Below are positions 50,645 to 60,741 of a DNA stretch of 64,000 bases, one piece after another. Source of the DNA: an uncultured delta proteobacterium (GTDB taxonomy: Bacteria; Myxococcota; Kuafuiibacteriia; Kuafuiibacteriales; Kuafuiibacteriaceae). The notes beneath the pieces are model-generated. The model was not told the DNA's origin. It saw nothing but the letters and a program-made list of their open reading frames with translations, and made no database searches. Position 1 is the first letter of the stretch, and each line of letters begins with the position of its first letter. Both the position numbers and the translations under genes were made by a program. Where the stretch lies: the NCBI GenBank assembly GCA_963803435.1, contig CAWDML010000005.1, forward strand, positions 1-64,000. The letters are read 5' to 3'.

Positions 50645-51361
50645 TCACTTCAGCGCGGGTTCGAAGAAGTCGAGCTGGGTCAGGCGGGTGTTGACGGGTT
50701 CGAAGCTCCGGCGGTGCAGCGGAGTCACACCGTGCTTCGCGAGCGCCTCCAGATGGAGCTTGGTGCTGTAGCCCTTGTGCTTCTCGAAGCCATAGGACGG
50801 GTATTCGAGCCCGACCTGGGTCATGTATGTGTCGCGTTCGACCTTGGCCAAGATGGATGCGGCGGCGATGGACAGCGAGATCGCATCACCCTTGATCAGG
50901 GGACTCTGGGGGATGTCGGTGTCGGGAACTGTCCGTGCGTCGACCAGCAGGTGATCGACGGGCGTGACCTCGAGAACCGCAAGGAGCGCGCGGCGCATGG
51001 CGAGCAGGCCCGCTTGCAGGATGTTGATGCGGTCGATCTCCTCAACGCTCGCCTGGGTCACTGCCCACGCGCGGACGTGGGTCTTGATCTTCTCGGCGAG
51101 CTCGACCCGCTGGGTCTCGGTCAAGCGCTTGCTGTCGTCGACCCCGACCAGCCCGGAGACCTTCGTCGAGTCGAGGACCACGCACGCCGCGTAGACGGGA
51201 CCTGCCAGCGGACCGGCGCCGGCCTCATCGAGCCCGGCGACCACCAGTCCGTCGTTCCAGTAGGCCCGCTCCTCCGACAGCAGCTCGCGATGGCGCTGCC
51301 TTCTCGCCTGGTCCCTGTTCGACCTCGCCTTCCCCTTCGCCACCGCGCCGGACGCTAACAT
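50645..51361 (-). CDS. rnhB: Ribonuclease HII
   Basis: AGLDEAGAGPLAGPV, DDSKRL, INILQA, SIAAASILAKV, HKGY, HRRSF. Start approximate. Confidence 0.93.
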   Translation of the reverse strand: MLASGAVAKGKARSNRDQARRQRHRELLSEERAYWNDGLVVAGLDEAGAGPLAGPVYAACVVLDSTKVSGLVGVDDSKRLTETQRVELAEKIKTHVRAWAVTQASVEEIDRINILQAGLLAMRRALLAVLEVTPVDHLLVDARTVPDTDIPQSPLIKGDAISLSIAAASILAKVERDTYMTQVGLEYPSYGFEKHKGYSTKLHLEALAKHGVTPLHRRSFEPVNTRLTQLDFFEPALK

Positions 51362-51400
51362 GTTTTGCGGATCGACGGTCGCGTGTGCGATCGTTCCTCC

Positions 51401-51826
51401 ATGGTGCGCGCGCTCCCGATCCTCCAAGGCCGGCGCTTCAGCTGCACGCGATGCTCGCACTGCTGTCTCGAGCCCGGCTATGTGTTCATGAGCTTCGCCG
51501 AGATGCGCGCGATGGCTGTGCACCTCGGTCAGTCGCTCGCGGTGTTCAAGTCGAAGTACGGCCTCACCTGGGACAGCGACGCGAAGCAGTGGGTGATCGA
51601 CGCGCATCCCAAGGGCTGCCCGCTGTTGACGGACACGGGTGCGTGTAGTGTTCACCCTGTCAAACCGATCCAGTGCCAGACCTTCCCCTTCTGGCCCGAG
51701 CTCCTGGCGGATCAGGAGGCGTGGGACGCATCGAAGGCCTACTGCCCGGGGATGGACGCCGAGGAGGGGCGTCTCTACACGCTGGAGGAGATCCGGGCCA
51801 TCCGGGACGAACAGCGCGGCACCTGA
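51401..51826 (+). CDS. YkgJ-family cysteine cluster (CxxCxxCC) protein
   Basis: CTRCSHCC, CPLL, CSVH..KP.QCQTFPFW, CPG. Confidence 0.85.
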   Translation: MVRALPILQGRRFSCTRCSHCCLEPGYVFMSFAEMRAMAVHLGQSLAVFKSKYGLTWDSDAKQWVIDAHPKGCPLLTDTGACSVHPVKPIQCQTFPFWPELLADQEAWDASKAYCPGMDAEEGRLYTLEEIRAIRDEQRGT

Positions 51827-51871
51827 CACTGAACACTTGCACACGACGGCCTCGGTTCCTAAGAAGACCCC

Positions 51872-54727
51872 ATGTCGACGGAGCATCGGATCGAGGTCCG
51901 CGGCGCGCGCGAGCACAACCTGAAGAACGTGGACATCCTCATCCCCCGCGATCGCCTGGTGGTGATCACGGGCGTCTCCGGATCGGGCAAGAGCTCGCTC
52001 GCTTTCGACACGATCTACGCCGAGGGACAGCGGCGGTACGTCGAGTCGCTGTCTGCATATGCACGGCAGTTCCTGGACCAGATGCGGAAGCCCGACGTCG
52101 ACTCGATCGAAGGGCTGTCGCCGGCGATCTCGATCGAGCAGAAGACCACCTCGAACAACCCGCGGTCCACGGTCGCGACGGTCACCGAGATCTACGACTA
52201 CCTGCGGCTCTTGTACGCGCGGATCGGCAAGCCTGCTTGCCCGAGCTGCGGCAAGCCGGTGGCGCGGCAGACGGTGCAGCAGATCGTGGATCGGATGCTC
52301 GAGCGGCCCGAGGGCACCAAGATCATCCTGTTCGCTCCGATCGTGCGGGGCCGTAAGGGCGAGTACAAGAAGGACCTCGACCGGATGCGGAAGGAAGGCT
52401 TCACGCGGGTCCGGATCGACGGCACGGTCCGCGAGCTCTCGGAGCCGATCGAGATCGACAAGAAGCGGAAGCACGACATCGACGTGCAGATCGATCGGCT
52501 GGTGGCCAAGGCAGGGGCACGGCAGCGAATCACCGACTCGGTCGAGCTGGGCCTGAAGCTCGGTGAAGGTCTGCTCCGCGTCAGCTACGTGGGCGGCGAC
52601 GAGGAGCTGCTCTCGGAGAAGCTGGCGTGCCTCGACTGCGGGATCTCGATCCCGGAGATCGAGCCGCGGACGTTCTCGTTCAACAGCCCGCAGGGCGCCT
52701 GCCCCCAGTGCAGCGGCCTGGGCGAGGTGTCGTACTTCGATCCCGATCGGGTGGTGCCGGACCCGAAGCTGTCGCTCCAGGAGGGCGCCATCGCGCCCTG
52801 GGCCGGAAAGATGACGTGGTACGGGCCGGTGCTCGAGGCGCTGTGCAAGCACTACGATCAGTCGATGAAGACACCGTGGCACAAGCTGCCGGCCACCTTC
52901 AAGAAGAAGATCCTCGACGGCAGCGGCGATGAAGAGATCAAGATCGTCTTCAAGGGCGACGGCCATCGCTACACCTATAAGAAGCCGTTCGAGGGGGTGC
53001 TCCACGCGCTGGAGCGGCGGATGACGGAGTCGGCCTCCGACAACGTGCGCGAGGGGCTCTCGGAGTATACGACGATGGCGGCGTGCCCCGCGTGCAAGGG
53101 CTCGCGGCTCAAGGATGCCGCGCGCGTGGTGACGATCGGCGGTCTCGGGATCTGGGAGATCACACAGAAGTCGATCCGAGACGTGTCGGCGTGGTTCCGC
53201 GAGCTGAAGCTCGACCCGCGCGACGCCGAGATCGCCTCCCGTCTGCTGAAGGAGATCGACGAGCGTCTGGGGTTCCTGGTGCACGTGGGGCTCGACTATC
53301 TGACGCTCGATCGCCGCGCCGGCACGCTCTCCGGCGGAGAGGGACAGCGCATCCGCCTCGCGACGCAGATCGGCCGCTCGCTGGTGGGCGTGCTCTACAT
53401 CCTCGACGAGCCGTCGATCGGGCTCCACCAGCGCGACAATCAGCGGCTGCTCTCCACGTTGATGCGGCTGCGGGACCTCGGGAACACGGTGCTGGTGGTC
53501 GAGCACGACGAGGAGACCATCAGCGCGGCCGACTGGGTCGTGGACATGGGGCCGGGCGCGGGTGTGCACGGCGGGAAGGTGGTGTCGGAGGGGACGCCCG
53601 GGGCGATCAAGCTGGATTCGGCGTCGCTCACCGGGCGGTATCTCAGCGGGGCGCTCTCGATCGAGATCCCCGAGCAGCGCCGGCCGGCCCGCCTCGAGTC
53701 GCTGATCGTGAAGAACGCGTCGGGCAACAACCTGAAGAATCTCGACGTTCGCTTTCCGCTCGGCGTGTTCACCTGCGTGACGGGGGTGTCGGGGAGCGGC
53801 AAGTCGACGCTGGTCAACGAGACGCTGCACAAGGCGCTCTCGCGGGCGCTGCATCAGTCGACGGAGAAGCCGGCGCAGCACGAGGCCATCGAAGGGCTCG
53901 AGGCCGTCGACAAGGTGATCGACATCGATCAGTCACCGATCGGCCGCACGCCGCGCTCGAACCCGGCGACGTACACCCAGCTCTTCGGCGACATCCGCGA
54001 TCTCTTCTCGAACCTGCCCGAGGCGAAGATGCGCGGCTACAAGCCGGGGCGCTTCTCCTTCAACGTGAAGGGGGGACGCTGCGAGGCCTGCGAGGGTGAC
54101 GGCATCATCCGCATCGAGATGCACTTCCTGCCGGACATCTTCGTCACCTGCGAGACATGCAGCGGACGGCGGTACAATCGAGAGACGCTGGACGTCCTCT
54201 ACAAGGGCAAGTCGATCGCCGACGTCCTGGAGATGACGGTCGATGAGGCGACTGCCTTCCTCGGGAGCATCCCCCCGATCAAGCGCAAGCTGGCGACGCT
54301 CCAAGACGTGGGGCTCGGCTACATCCGGCTCGGCCAGCAGGCCACGACGCTCTCCGGCGGCGAGGCGCAGCGGATCAAGCTGGCGAAGGAGCTCTCGAAG
54401 CGATCAACGGGCAAGACGGTGTACATCCTGGACGAGCCGACCACGGGCCTGCACTTCGACGACATCAAGAAGCTGCTGCACGTGCTGCACCGTTTCGTCG
54501 AGCAGGGGAACACGGTCGTGGTCATCGAGCACAACCTGGACGTGATCAAGACCGCCGACTGGGTCATCGACCTCGGTCCCGAGGGCGGGCAGGCGGGCGG
54601 CCGGATCATCGCCGAAGGGACTCCGGAGAAGGTGGCGGCGGTTGAACAGAGCTATACCGGTCAGTTCTTGGCCAAGATTCTGCCGTCGGTGGACAGAGGC
54701 AAGCGACGTGCTGCCTCTGGGAGGTGA
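51872..54727 (+). CDS. uvrA: Excinuclease ABC subunit A
   Basis: GAREHNLK, two GVSGSGKS Walker A motifs, LSGGE signatures, zinc fingers. Confidence 0.98.
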   Translation: MSTEHRIEVRGAREHNLKNVDILIPRDRLVVITGVSGSGKSSLAFDTIYAEGQRRYVESLSAYARQFLDQMRKPDVDSIEGLSPAISIEQKTTSNNPRSTVATVTEIYDYLRLLYARIGKPACPSCGKPVARQTVQQIVDRMLERPEGTKIILFAPIVRGRKGEYKKDLDRMRKEGFTRVRIDGTVRELSEPIEIDKKRKHDIDVQIDRLVAKAGARQRITDSVELGLKLGEGLLRVSYVGGDEELLSEKLACLDCGISIPEIEPRTFSFNSPQGACPQCSGLGEVSYFDPDRVVPDPKLSLQEGAIAPWAGKMTWYGPVLEALCKHYDQSMKTPWHKLPATFKKKILDGSGDEEIKIVFKGDGHRYTYKKPFEGVLHALERRMTESASDNVREGLSEYTTMAACPACKGSRLKDAARVVTIGGLGIWEITQKSIRDVSAWFRELKLDPRDAEIASRLLKEIDERLGFLVHVGLDYLTLDRRAGTLSGGEGQRIRLATQIGRSLVGVLYILDEPSIGLHQRDNQRLLSTLMRLRDLGNTVLVVEHDEETISAADWVVDMGPGAGVHGGKVVSEGTPGAIKLDSASLTGRYLSGALSIEIPEQRRPARLESLIVKNASGNNLKNLDVRFPLGVFTCVTGVSGSGKSTLVNETLHKALSRALHQSTEKPAQHEAIEGLEAVDKVIDIDQSPIGRTPRSNPATYTQLFGDIRDLFSNLPEAKMRGYKPGRFSFNVKGGRCEACEGDGIIRIEMHFLPDIFVTCETCSGRRYNRETLDVLYKGKSIADVLEMTVDEATAFLGSIPPIKRKLATLQDVGLGYIRLGQQATTLSGGEAQRIKLAKELSKRSTGKTVYILDEPTTGLHFDDIKKLLHVLHRFVEQGNTVVVIEHNLDVIKTADWVIDLGPEGGQAGGRIIAEGTPEKVAAVEQSYTGQFLAKILPSVDRGKRRAASGR

Positions 54728-54730
54728 GCC

Positions 54731-55684
54731 ATGGTGCACGCGCAGCTGATCGATCCCAGTCGAGATCTCTTCGAGGAGATCGAGGGGATGAAGAGGGAGA
54801 TGAACGCGGTCCTGCTCGCGCACTACTACCAGGACGCGGACGTCCAGGACGTGGCCGACTTCATCGGCGATTCGCTGCAGCTGGCGCAGGAGGCGGCGAA
54901 GACGAACGCCGACGTGATCGTCTTCTGCGGCGTGCACTTCATGGCCGAGACCGCGAAGATCCTGAACCCGCAGAAGCTGGTGCTGGTGCCCGATCTCAAG
55001 GCGGGCTGCTCGCTGGCCGACGGGTGTCCTGCGGATGCGTTCGGACGGTGGCTGGAGCAGTACCCAAACCACTACGTGGTGAGCTACGTGAACTGCTCCG
55101 CGGGTGTGAAGGCCCTGTCCGACGTGATCGTCACCTCCTCGAACGCGCGCAGGATCGTGGCCAAGATCCCGGCCGACCGGCCGATCGTCTTCGCGCCGGA
55201 TCGTCACCTCGGGCGGTATCTGATCAAGGAGACCGGGCGCGACATGGTGCTGTGGCCAGGGACCTGTCAGGTGCACGAGCTCTTCTCTGAGAAGAAGCTG
55301 ATCCAGCTGATGACCCGCCATCCCGACGCCCTGGTGGTGGCGCACCCGGAGTGTGAGGCGTCGGTGTTGAAGCTCGCGCACCACGTCGGCTCGACGCGAT
55401 CGATCCTCGAGTACGTCGTGGGATCGGACCAGCGGGAGTTCATCATCGCCACCGAGCCGGGCATCATCCATCAGATGGAGGAGCAGACTGCCGGCCAGGG
55501 GAAGCGGTTCATCCCGGCTCCGCCCGATTCGGCGTGCGCGTGCAACGAGTGCCCGCACATGAAGCTCAACACGCTCGAGAAGCTCTACCTGTCCATGAAG
55601 CTGAGGACGCCGCGGCTCGAGATGGACGAGCGGCTCCGCGAGAAGGCGCTGGCACCGATCCAGCGCATGCTCGAGTGGAGCTAG
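54731..55684 (+). CDS. nadA: Quinolinate synthase
   Basis: [29 protein letters not shown]. Confidence 0.96.
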   Translation: MVHAQLIDPSRDLFEEIEGMKREMNAVLLAHYYQDADVQDVADFIGDSLQLAQEAAKTNADVIVFCGVHFMAETAKILNPQKLVLVPDLKAGCSLADGCPADAFGRWLEQYPNHYVVSYVNCSAGVKALSDVIVTSSNARRIVAKIPADRPIVFAPDRHLGRYLIKETGRDMVLWPGTCQVHELFSEKKLIQLMTRHPDALVVAHPECEASVLKLAHHVGSTRSILEYVVGSDQREFIIATEPGIIHQMEEQTAGQGKRFIPAPPDSACACNECPHMKLNTLEKLYLSMKLRTPRLEMDERLREKALAPIQRMLEWS

Positions 55685-55694
55685 ACGCGCGGCG

Positions 55695-56837
55695 ATGGCC
55701 CTCGATCTGTTCGACGACGACTCGATCGTGTTGCGGCCGACGACCGCCTACGTCGACGTGCGGGCGTTGCGAGGCAACGTCGCGGCGATCCGCCGGCAGG
55801 TGGGCGACGCCGAGATCATGGGGATCGTGAAGGCCAACGCCTACGGGCACGGGCTGATCCGGACCGCCAAGGAGATCCTCGCGGCAGGGGTCGATCAGCT
55901 CGGGGTCGCGTTCCTGGAGGAAGGCATCGCCCTGCGGCGGGCCGGCGTGGACGCGCCGATCCTGGTGTTGGGCGGGATCATCGGGAATCAGATCCAGTAC
56001 TTCCTCGAGTTCGATCTGATGATCACGGCTTCGTCGCCCTTCAAGCTGGAGCAGATCGAGGAGGTCGCCACGGCCGCGAACAAGCGCGCCAAGGTCCACC
56101 TGAAGATCGACACCGGCATGGAGCGCATCGGGATCCACTGGGACAACGCCGGCCGGTTGTTCGAGGCGGCGCTCTCCGCGAAGCACTGCGAGCTGATGGG
56201 CGTGTTCACGCACCTCGCCTCTTCGGACTCGGGCGATCCGCACTATACGGAGCTCCAGCTCGATCGATTCGAGGAGGCGCTCCGGTTCTTCGAGACACGG
56301 GGCCTTCCGATGCCGGTGCGCCACGTCGCGAACTCGGGCGCGGTGCTCCAGCACCCCCGTGCGCGCTTCGACATGGTGCGGCCAGGGCTCATCTTGTACG
56401 GGGTCTATCCGTCGAGCGCGGTGGCCCGAACGATCCCGCTCGCGCCCGTGCTCTCGCTGAAGACGCGCGTCGTGTACTTCAAGGTGGTGCGGAGCGGGTC
56501 GCCCGTCAGCTACGACTCGACGTGGTCGCCCGCGCAAGACACGCGCGTGGTGACGCTTCCGGTGGGCTACGGAGACGGCTACCCGCGCAACCTCTCGGGC
56601 AAGGCGGAGGTCCTGATCCACGGGCGTCGCTTCCCCGTCGTCGGTCGGATCACGATGGACGCCCTGATGGTCGATATCGGAGCGGCCAGCGCCTACAACG
56701 GTGATGAGGCTGTGCTCCTCGGCAAGCAGGGCGACGCGTCGATCCGGGTGGAAGAGCTGGCGGAGTGGCTGGGAACCATCCCGTACGAGATCCTGACCAT
56801 GATCAACACGCGCGTTCCCAGACACTACCTCGAGTGA
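55695..56837 (+). CDS. alr: Alanine racemase
   Basis: VKANAYGHG, HLKIDTGMER.G, VRPG, GYGDGYPR, GTIPYE. Confidence 0.96.
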   Translation: MALDLFDDDSIVLRPTTAYVDVRALRGNVAAIRRQVGDAEIMGIVKANAYGHGLIRTAKEILAAGVDQLGVAFLEEGIALRRAGVDAPILVLGGIIGNQIQYFLEFDLMITASSPFKLEQIEEVATAANKRAKVHLKIDTGMERIGIHWDNAGRLFEAALSAKHCELMGVFTHLASSDSGDPHYTELQLDRFEEALRFFETRGLPMPVRHVANSGAVLQHPRARFDMVRPGLILYGVYPSSAVARTIPLAPVLSLKTRVVYFKVVRSGSPVSYDSTWSPAQDTRVVTLPVGYGDGYPRNLSGKAEVLIHGRRFPVVGRITMDALMVDIGAASAYNGDEAVLLGKQGDASIRVEELAEWLGTIPYEILTMINTRVPRHYLE

Positions 56838-56936
56838 ACGCGTCCCATACATGAGCAGGCGGCGCCCGCCGCCATAACTTGCGGTGCCCGGACGATCCAT
56901 TGCACAGTAGGCGGCAACCTCGGAGGCCCGGCCGGA

Positions 56937-56952
56937 TGGCGTGGCCTCTGCA
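56937..56952 (+). promoter_or_regulatory. Putative sigma54 promoter upstream of the fimU-like gene
   Basis: TGGCGTGGCCTCTGCA (GG-N10-GC). Confidence 0.4.
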
Positions 56953-56967
56953 GGTGACGAGGTTCCG

Positions 56968-57483
56968 GTGCGACGATCCAGAGGCTTCACGCTCACTGAA
57001 ATGATGATCGTCATCGCGATCGTCGGGATTCTCGCGGCGCTCGTCATCCCGAACTTCGCCCGGAGCCGCGAGTTCGCGCAGCTCCATCGGGCCACCCGGA
57101 AGATCGTCGGCGTGGTGGCCCGCGCCCGCACCCTGGCGGCCACGGGCAAGAACGAGAACTACGCCGGCTGGGCGCCCACGGATCGGACGGTCCAGTCGGG
57201 GATCCTCATCACCGCCACCGGCTACCAGCTCTTCGTCGATCGCAACCGCATCCTGGACGGCGACGAGATCCTGATCGAGGTCGTCGACTACGCGACGATC
57301 GGCACCATCGACTATGCTCAGAACGTGCAGCTCACCGCCCCAGCCCCGGGAACGGAGATCCGTTTCGACAAGAACGGGACGCTCTCCACGCCCTCGGACG
57401 TCAACGTGATCCTGCGAGATGCGGGGAGCGGTGTGACGGAGACGGTCCGTATCGCCTATGGTGGGAGCACCAAAATCCTCTGA
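56968..57483 (+). CDS. Type IV minor pilin, FimU/GspH-like
   Basis: Class III signal RG|FTLTEMMIVIAIVGILAA; IRFDKNG motif. Confidence 0.8.
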   Translation: MRRSRGFTLTEMMIVIAIVGILAALVIPNFARSREFAQLHRATRKIVGVVARARTLAATGKNENYAGWAPTDRTVQSGILITATGYQLFVDRNRILDGDEILIEVVDYATIGTIDYAQNVQLTAPAPGTEIRFDKNGTLSTPSDVNVILRDAGSGVTETVRIAYGGSTKIL

Positions 57484-57549
57484 CGGGAGTTTGCGGTCTG
57501 ATCCCGACGTATTGCGGGGTCATCGGCCGGAAGGTCTTTCACCCTCACA

Positions 57550-57565
57550 TGGCCTGATGCCTGCA
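57550..57565 (+). promoter_or_regulatory. Putative sigma54 promoter upstream of the pilV-like gene
   Basis: TGGCCTGATGCCTGCA (GG-N10-GC). Confidence 0.4.
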
Positions 57566-57582
57566 GCCACGGAGGCACTCGA

Positions 57583-58191
57583 ATGAGAATCCATCATCCC
57601 CGGCGCGGACGGCGCGGCTTCTCTCTCCTGGAAGCGATGATTGCGGCCGGCGTGCTCGGGATCGGTCTCGTCGGTCTGGCCCGCCTCCACATCACGTCGA
57701 TCCAGGGCGTGGTCAAATCGGAGGAGATGAGCAGCGGCGCCGAGGTCGCCCGGCAGATCGCGGATACCTTCGCGACGCTCGACTGGCCGAGCATCCCGGC
57801 CTGCCTGCCGGGCCCGAACGGCATCCCCACGTGGGCGATCCCGCCGCAGACCGCCAACGGTTGCTCGTCGTCCCTCGGACCGACCACGGTCTTCGCGGCG
57901 CCGAAGGCGGCCGGATGCACGGCGTTTTTCAGCGCCGACGGCGTGCCCGACGTCTCCAATGCCGGCTGGGTGACGAACCCGATGCAGAGCGATGCGACCG
58001 CGGCCACCGCCAAGTATCGCGTCGACCTCGCGGTCTCCCAGCATCCGGACGTCGCGAACTTTCCCAACAGCCTCAGCGCGTCGCCGGACCAGGAGCCGGT
58101 CCAGGTCCTGTGGGTCTGGGTCTGCTGGAGCGACGAGAGCGGATCGGTGCACGAGATCTCCACCAGCCGGGTGATGTCCAGGGACCTGTAG
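57583..58191 (+). CDS. Type IV minor pilin, PilV-like
   Basis: RG|FSLLEAMIAAGVLGIGLVGL; GGAGG RBS. Confidence 0.8.
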   Translation: MRIHHPRRGRRGFSLLEAMIAAGVLGIGLVGLARLHITSIQGVVKSEEMSSGAEVARQIADTFATLDWPSIPACLPGPNGIPTWAIPPQTANGCSSSLGPTTVFAAPKAAGCTAFFSADGVPDVSNAGWVTNPMQSDATAATAKYRVDLAVSQHPDVANFPNSLSASPDQEPVQVLWVWVCWSDESGSVHEISTSRVMSRDL

Positions 58192-58193
58192 CC

Positions 58194-59357
58194 ATGAGGA
58201 AGCGCAAGGCCAAATTTTCCCGCGGTCTGACCCTCGTCGAGCTGATGATTGGCGTCGCCATCGCTCTGTTTCTCACCGCGGCGGCGCTGACCTTCGTCCA
58301 GCACGAGACCCGCTTGATGGGCGTCTCTCAGGATCGCCTGGGAATGATCCAGGGCGGGCGGGCCGCGCTGGATCTGATGGCGGACGACATCCGGAGCGCA
58401 GGACAAGGGATCGGCTACGACGAGGCGGGCAACTTCGGCGGCTTGCTCTTGGGTCAGTTCAGCGCGGGCGGCCAGAACTGGAACCCGTCCGGAGCGCCGA
58501 ACCCCAACCCCTCGGCCTCGCCGCCCGGCCTCGGTGCGTATCGGACGATCTCGCTGGTCAACACGGCCGGCGGGGCCCCGGTCGGCGCCGCCTGGAACTC
58601 GCAGGTCGTCGACATCGGTGTGGTCTACGCGACGGGCGCGTATCGATCGATCGCGGACTTCCAGAACACCACGCTCGAGTTCTGCGCGCGGGACGACGAC
58701 AACGACGGGGTGGGGGACGTCGGGTTCCAGGATGGGGAAGTCGCGATCATGCGGGAGGCGCCCGGAATCGCCGCCGAGACCATTGTGCTCAGCGGGCTCA
58801 GCGGACCTGCGCCCTGCTCCAAGGGCAGCTGCATCTATGATTGCATCTCCGCCACCTGGTCTCTGGCGCCCACCCAGCTGTTCAACAGCGGTCCGGCGGC
58901 GGCCGGGGTCACCTACTTCGATGGGGAGGTGCAGGGCGGGGCCCGCACCGTCGTGTGGTTCAACGCGGCCGATGCGAACGGCTGGGGCACACTGCGACGC
59001 GCCGAGTTCCGCGTTCCGGGCGACGACTGCGCTGCGATCGACGACACCTGCGGCGGCGCGGTCGCCGAGGGTGCCGAGAGCCTCCAGATTCAGGTCTGGC
59101 AGTGGAACACGACGCCTCCGCAATGGGTGAACGTCGGCCAGGGACCGATCGACTCGCCCGGACGGCTTCGCGTCGACGTCGAGCTCGTCGTGCGCGCCGA
59201 AGGAACCGACACGCGCGCGCACCAGGTCGAAACGCTCCGTCTTCGCAGTGGGCAATGCGTTCCGATGCCATGTGGGCCGCCGGTCGACTACACCGAGCGC
59301 AGGACCTACCGCACCAGCATCGAGATCAAGAACTCGGGCTACATGAATCTGAGGTGA
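58194..59357 (+). CDS. Type IV minor pilin, PilW-like
   Basis: RG|LTLVELMIG, ALDLMADDIRSAG, VAEGAESLQI. Confidence 0.82.
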   Translation: MRKRKAKFSRGLTLVELMIGVAIALFLTAAALTFVQHETRLMGVSQDRLGMIQGGRAALDLMADDIRSAGQGIGYDEAGNFGGLLLGQFSAGGQNWNPSGAPNPNPSASPPGLGAYRTISLVNTAGGAPVGAAWNSQVVDIGVVYATGAYRSIADFQNTTLEFCARDDDNDGVGDVGFQDGEVAIMREAPGIAAETIVLSGLSGPAPCSKGSCIYDCISATWSLAPTQLFNSGPAAAGVTYFDGEVQGGARTVVWFNAADANGWGTLRRAEFRVPGDDCAAIDDTCGGAVAEGAESLQIQVWQWNTTPPQWVNVGQGPIDSPGRLRVDVELVVRAEGTDTRAHQVETLRLRSGQCVPMPCGPPVDYTERRTYRTSIEIKNSGYMNLR

Positions 59358-59362
59358 CCAGG

Positions 59363-59962
59363 ATGAAGAAACCGAGCGAACGCGAACGCGGGTTCGCACT
59401 GCTGATCGTCGTCTTGCTGGTCGCGCTCTTGGCGTTGACCGGCGCGGCGCTCCTCGATCTGGTCAGCGTCGACATCACCCTCTCGGGCGAGCATCAGAAG
59501 ATCGTCCGCGCCCAGCTGCTGGCGGACGGCGGTCTGCGGGAGGTCCTCGCCGACGTGAACTCGCAAGCCCGGCTCCCCGAGTTCGACTACTGCGCGAGCA
59601 ACGTGCCCAGCGTCGGGTGCCCGAACTACCGCTACAACTGGGCCAGCCTGACCGGCGGGGTCTACATGAAGGATCCCGACAACGTCTTCGGGATCCGGGC
59701 CCCGCTCGACGAGAGCAACAGCGCCCTCGCGAAGTTCACTGCAGCGCCCAGGAGCCAAGAGAACTACGAGGCGACGATCGACATCGTTCGAGTCGTCGAG
59801 GTTCCCGATACGTCGCTCACGGTGACCCGGGCCGTGGTGTACGAGGTCAACACGAGCGCGTCCGTCGCCGGCGGCGATGTGTATCGCGCCGTCTCCGCAG
59901 AGATCTACAAGAAGAGCAGCGCTCAGCCGGGCTCGCTGCTGCCGACGCAGCACTTCCGCTGA
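59363..59962 (+). CDS. Type IV minor pilin, PilX-like
   Basis: RG|FALLIV lacks Glu5 as in PilX; AQLLADGG. Confidence 0.78.
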   Translation: MKKPSERERGFALLIVVLLVALLALTGAALLDLVSVDITLSGEHQKIVRAQLLADGGLREVLADVNSQARLPEFDYCASNVPSVGCPNYRYNWASLTGGVYMKDPDNVFGIRAPLDESNSALAKFTAAPRSQENYEATIDIVRVVEVPDTSLTVTRAVVYEVNTSASVAGGDVYRAVSAEIYKKSSAQPGSLLPTQHFR

Positions 59963-60525
59963 GCTCGCCCGCGCCTGCAGGCTAGCTTGCGGATAAGGAC
60001 CAGCCCGAACACCAGCGCGAGCCAGGCGGCGCTCCCTCGGGGCGCACGCGTGGTCGTGCAACCACACTTGCCGTCGTCGAAGACCTTGTCCTTGGGAGGG
60101 GTCGTGCCGCGGCCGCCGGGCAGCATCGTGGTGGGATCCTGGGCGTCTGGAAACGCCACGTCGATCCGTCCGGCGTCCGCCCCCGTGTCGGCGCCGGTGT
60201 CCTCCATCGCGTCGAGCGCGGCCGCATCGATCGGCCCGCCGTCGTCGCCGGCGTCGGTCGCCGCGTCCACGCCGCCATCGATGCCGGCGTCCGCCGCACA
60301 GACCAGCCCGACGCACTGGAAGTTGACGCAGGTCCCGCCCGGGTTGCAGTGACTGTCGTCCATGCACAGGACGCAGACGTGGGTGATCGGGTTGCAGCCC
60401 CTCCCGATGGTGTTACAGCTGTTGCCGGTGGCCGGATCGATCGAGCAGGCGTCGCTGCAGTAGAAGCCCCCCGCGATGGCCGAGGTCGGAACGAGGGCGA
60501 GCAGCGCGCCGAGGAGATATCTCAC
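59923..60525 (-). CDS. Cys-rich exported protein with MYXO-CTERM-like sorting signal
   Basis: Signal peptide, Cys-rich domain (C..DSHC.PGGTC...C), DAG-rich linker, CGC + AAWLALVFGLVLIRK tail. Confidence 0.65.
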   Translation of the reverse strand: MRYLLGALLALVPTSAIAGGFYCSDACSIDPATGNSCNTIGRGCNPITHVCVLCMDDSHCNPGGTCVNFQCVGLVCAADAGIDGGVDAATDAGDDGGPIDAAALDAMEDTGADTGADAGRIDVAFPDAQDPTTMLPGGRGTTPPKDKVFDDGKCGCTTTRAPRGSAAWLALVFGLVLIRKLACRRGRAQRKCCVGSSEPG

Positions 60526-60666
60526 TCGGCCAGATTTCCCTCGACCGCGGCGGGCCGCAAGTTCGCGGTCCCTGTAGGCGTTCGTAGGCACTTGGCTGCG
60601 CGCGAATCTGCGGTGCACAAACAGAGCGTTGCAGACCCAATCCCTCGATTTACCTGAGCCCCTGGT

Positions 60667-60682
60667 TGGCCCCTCGCCTGCA
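60667..60682 (+). promoter_or_regulatory. Putative sigma54 promoter upstream of pilY1
   Basis: TGGCCCCTCGCCTGCA (GG-N10-GC), 60 bp before the ATG. Confidence 0.45.
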
Positions 60683-60741
60683 GAAGGTCGACGCCACGAT
60701 CCGGGCGGGGTTTCATTCGGCCTGGACGCGGAGAGGTAGGG

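Noticed and set aside
50645-53881. 1078-aa - strand ORF suggesting a giant RNase HII fusion
   Set aside because: Only the last ~240 aa are RnhB; the rest is the antisense shadow of uvrA/ykgJ, typical of high-GC codon bias.
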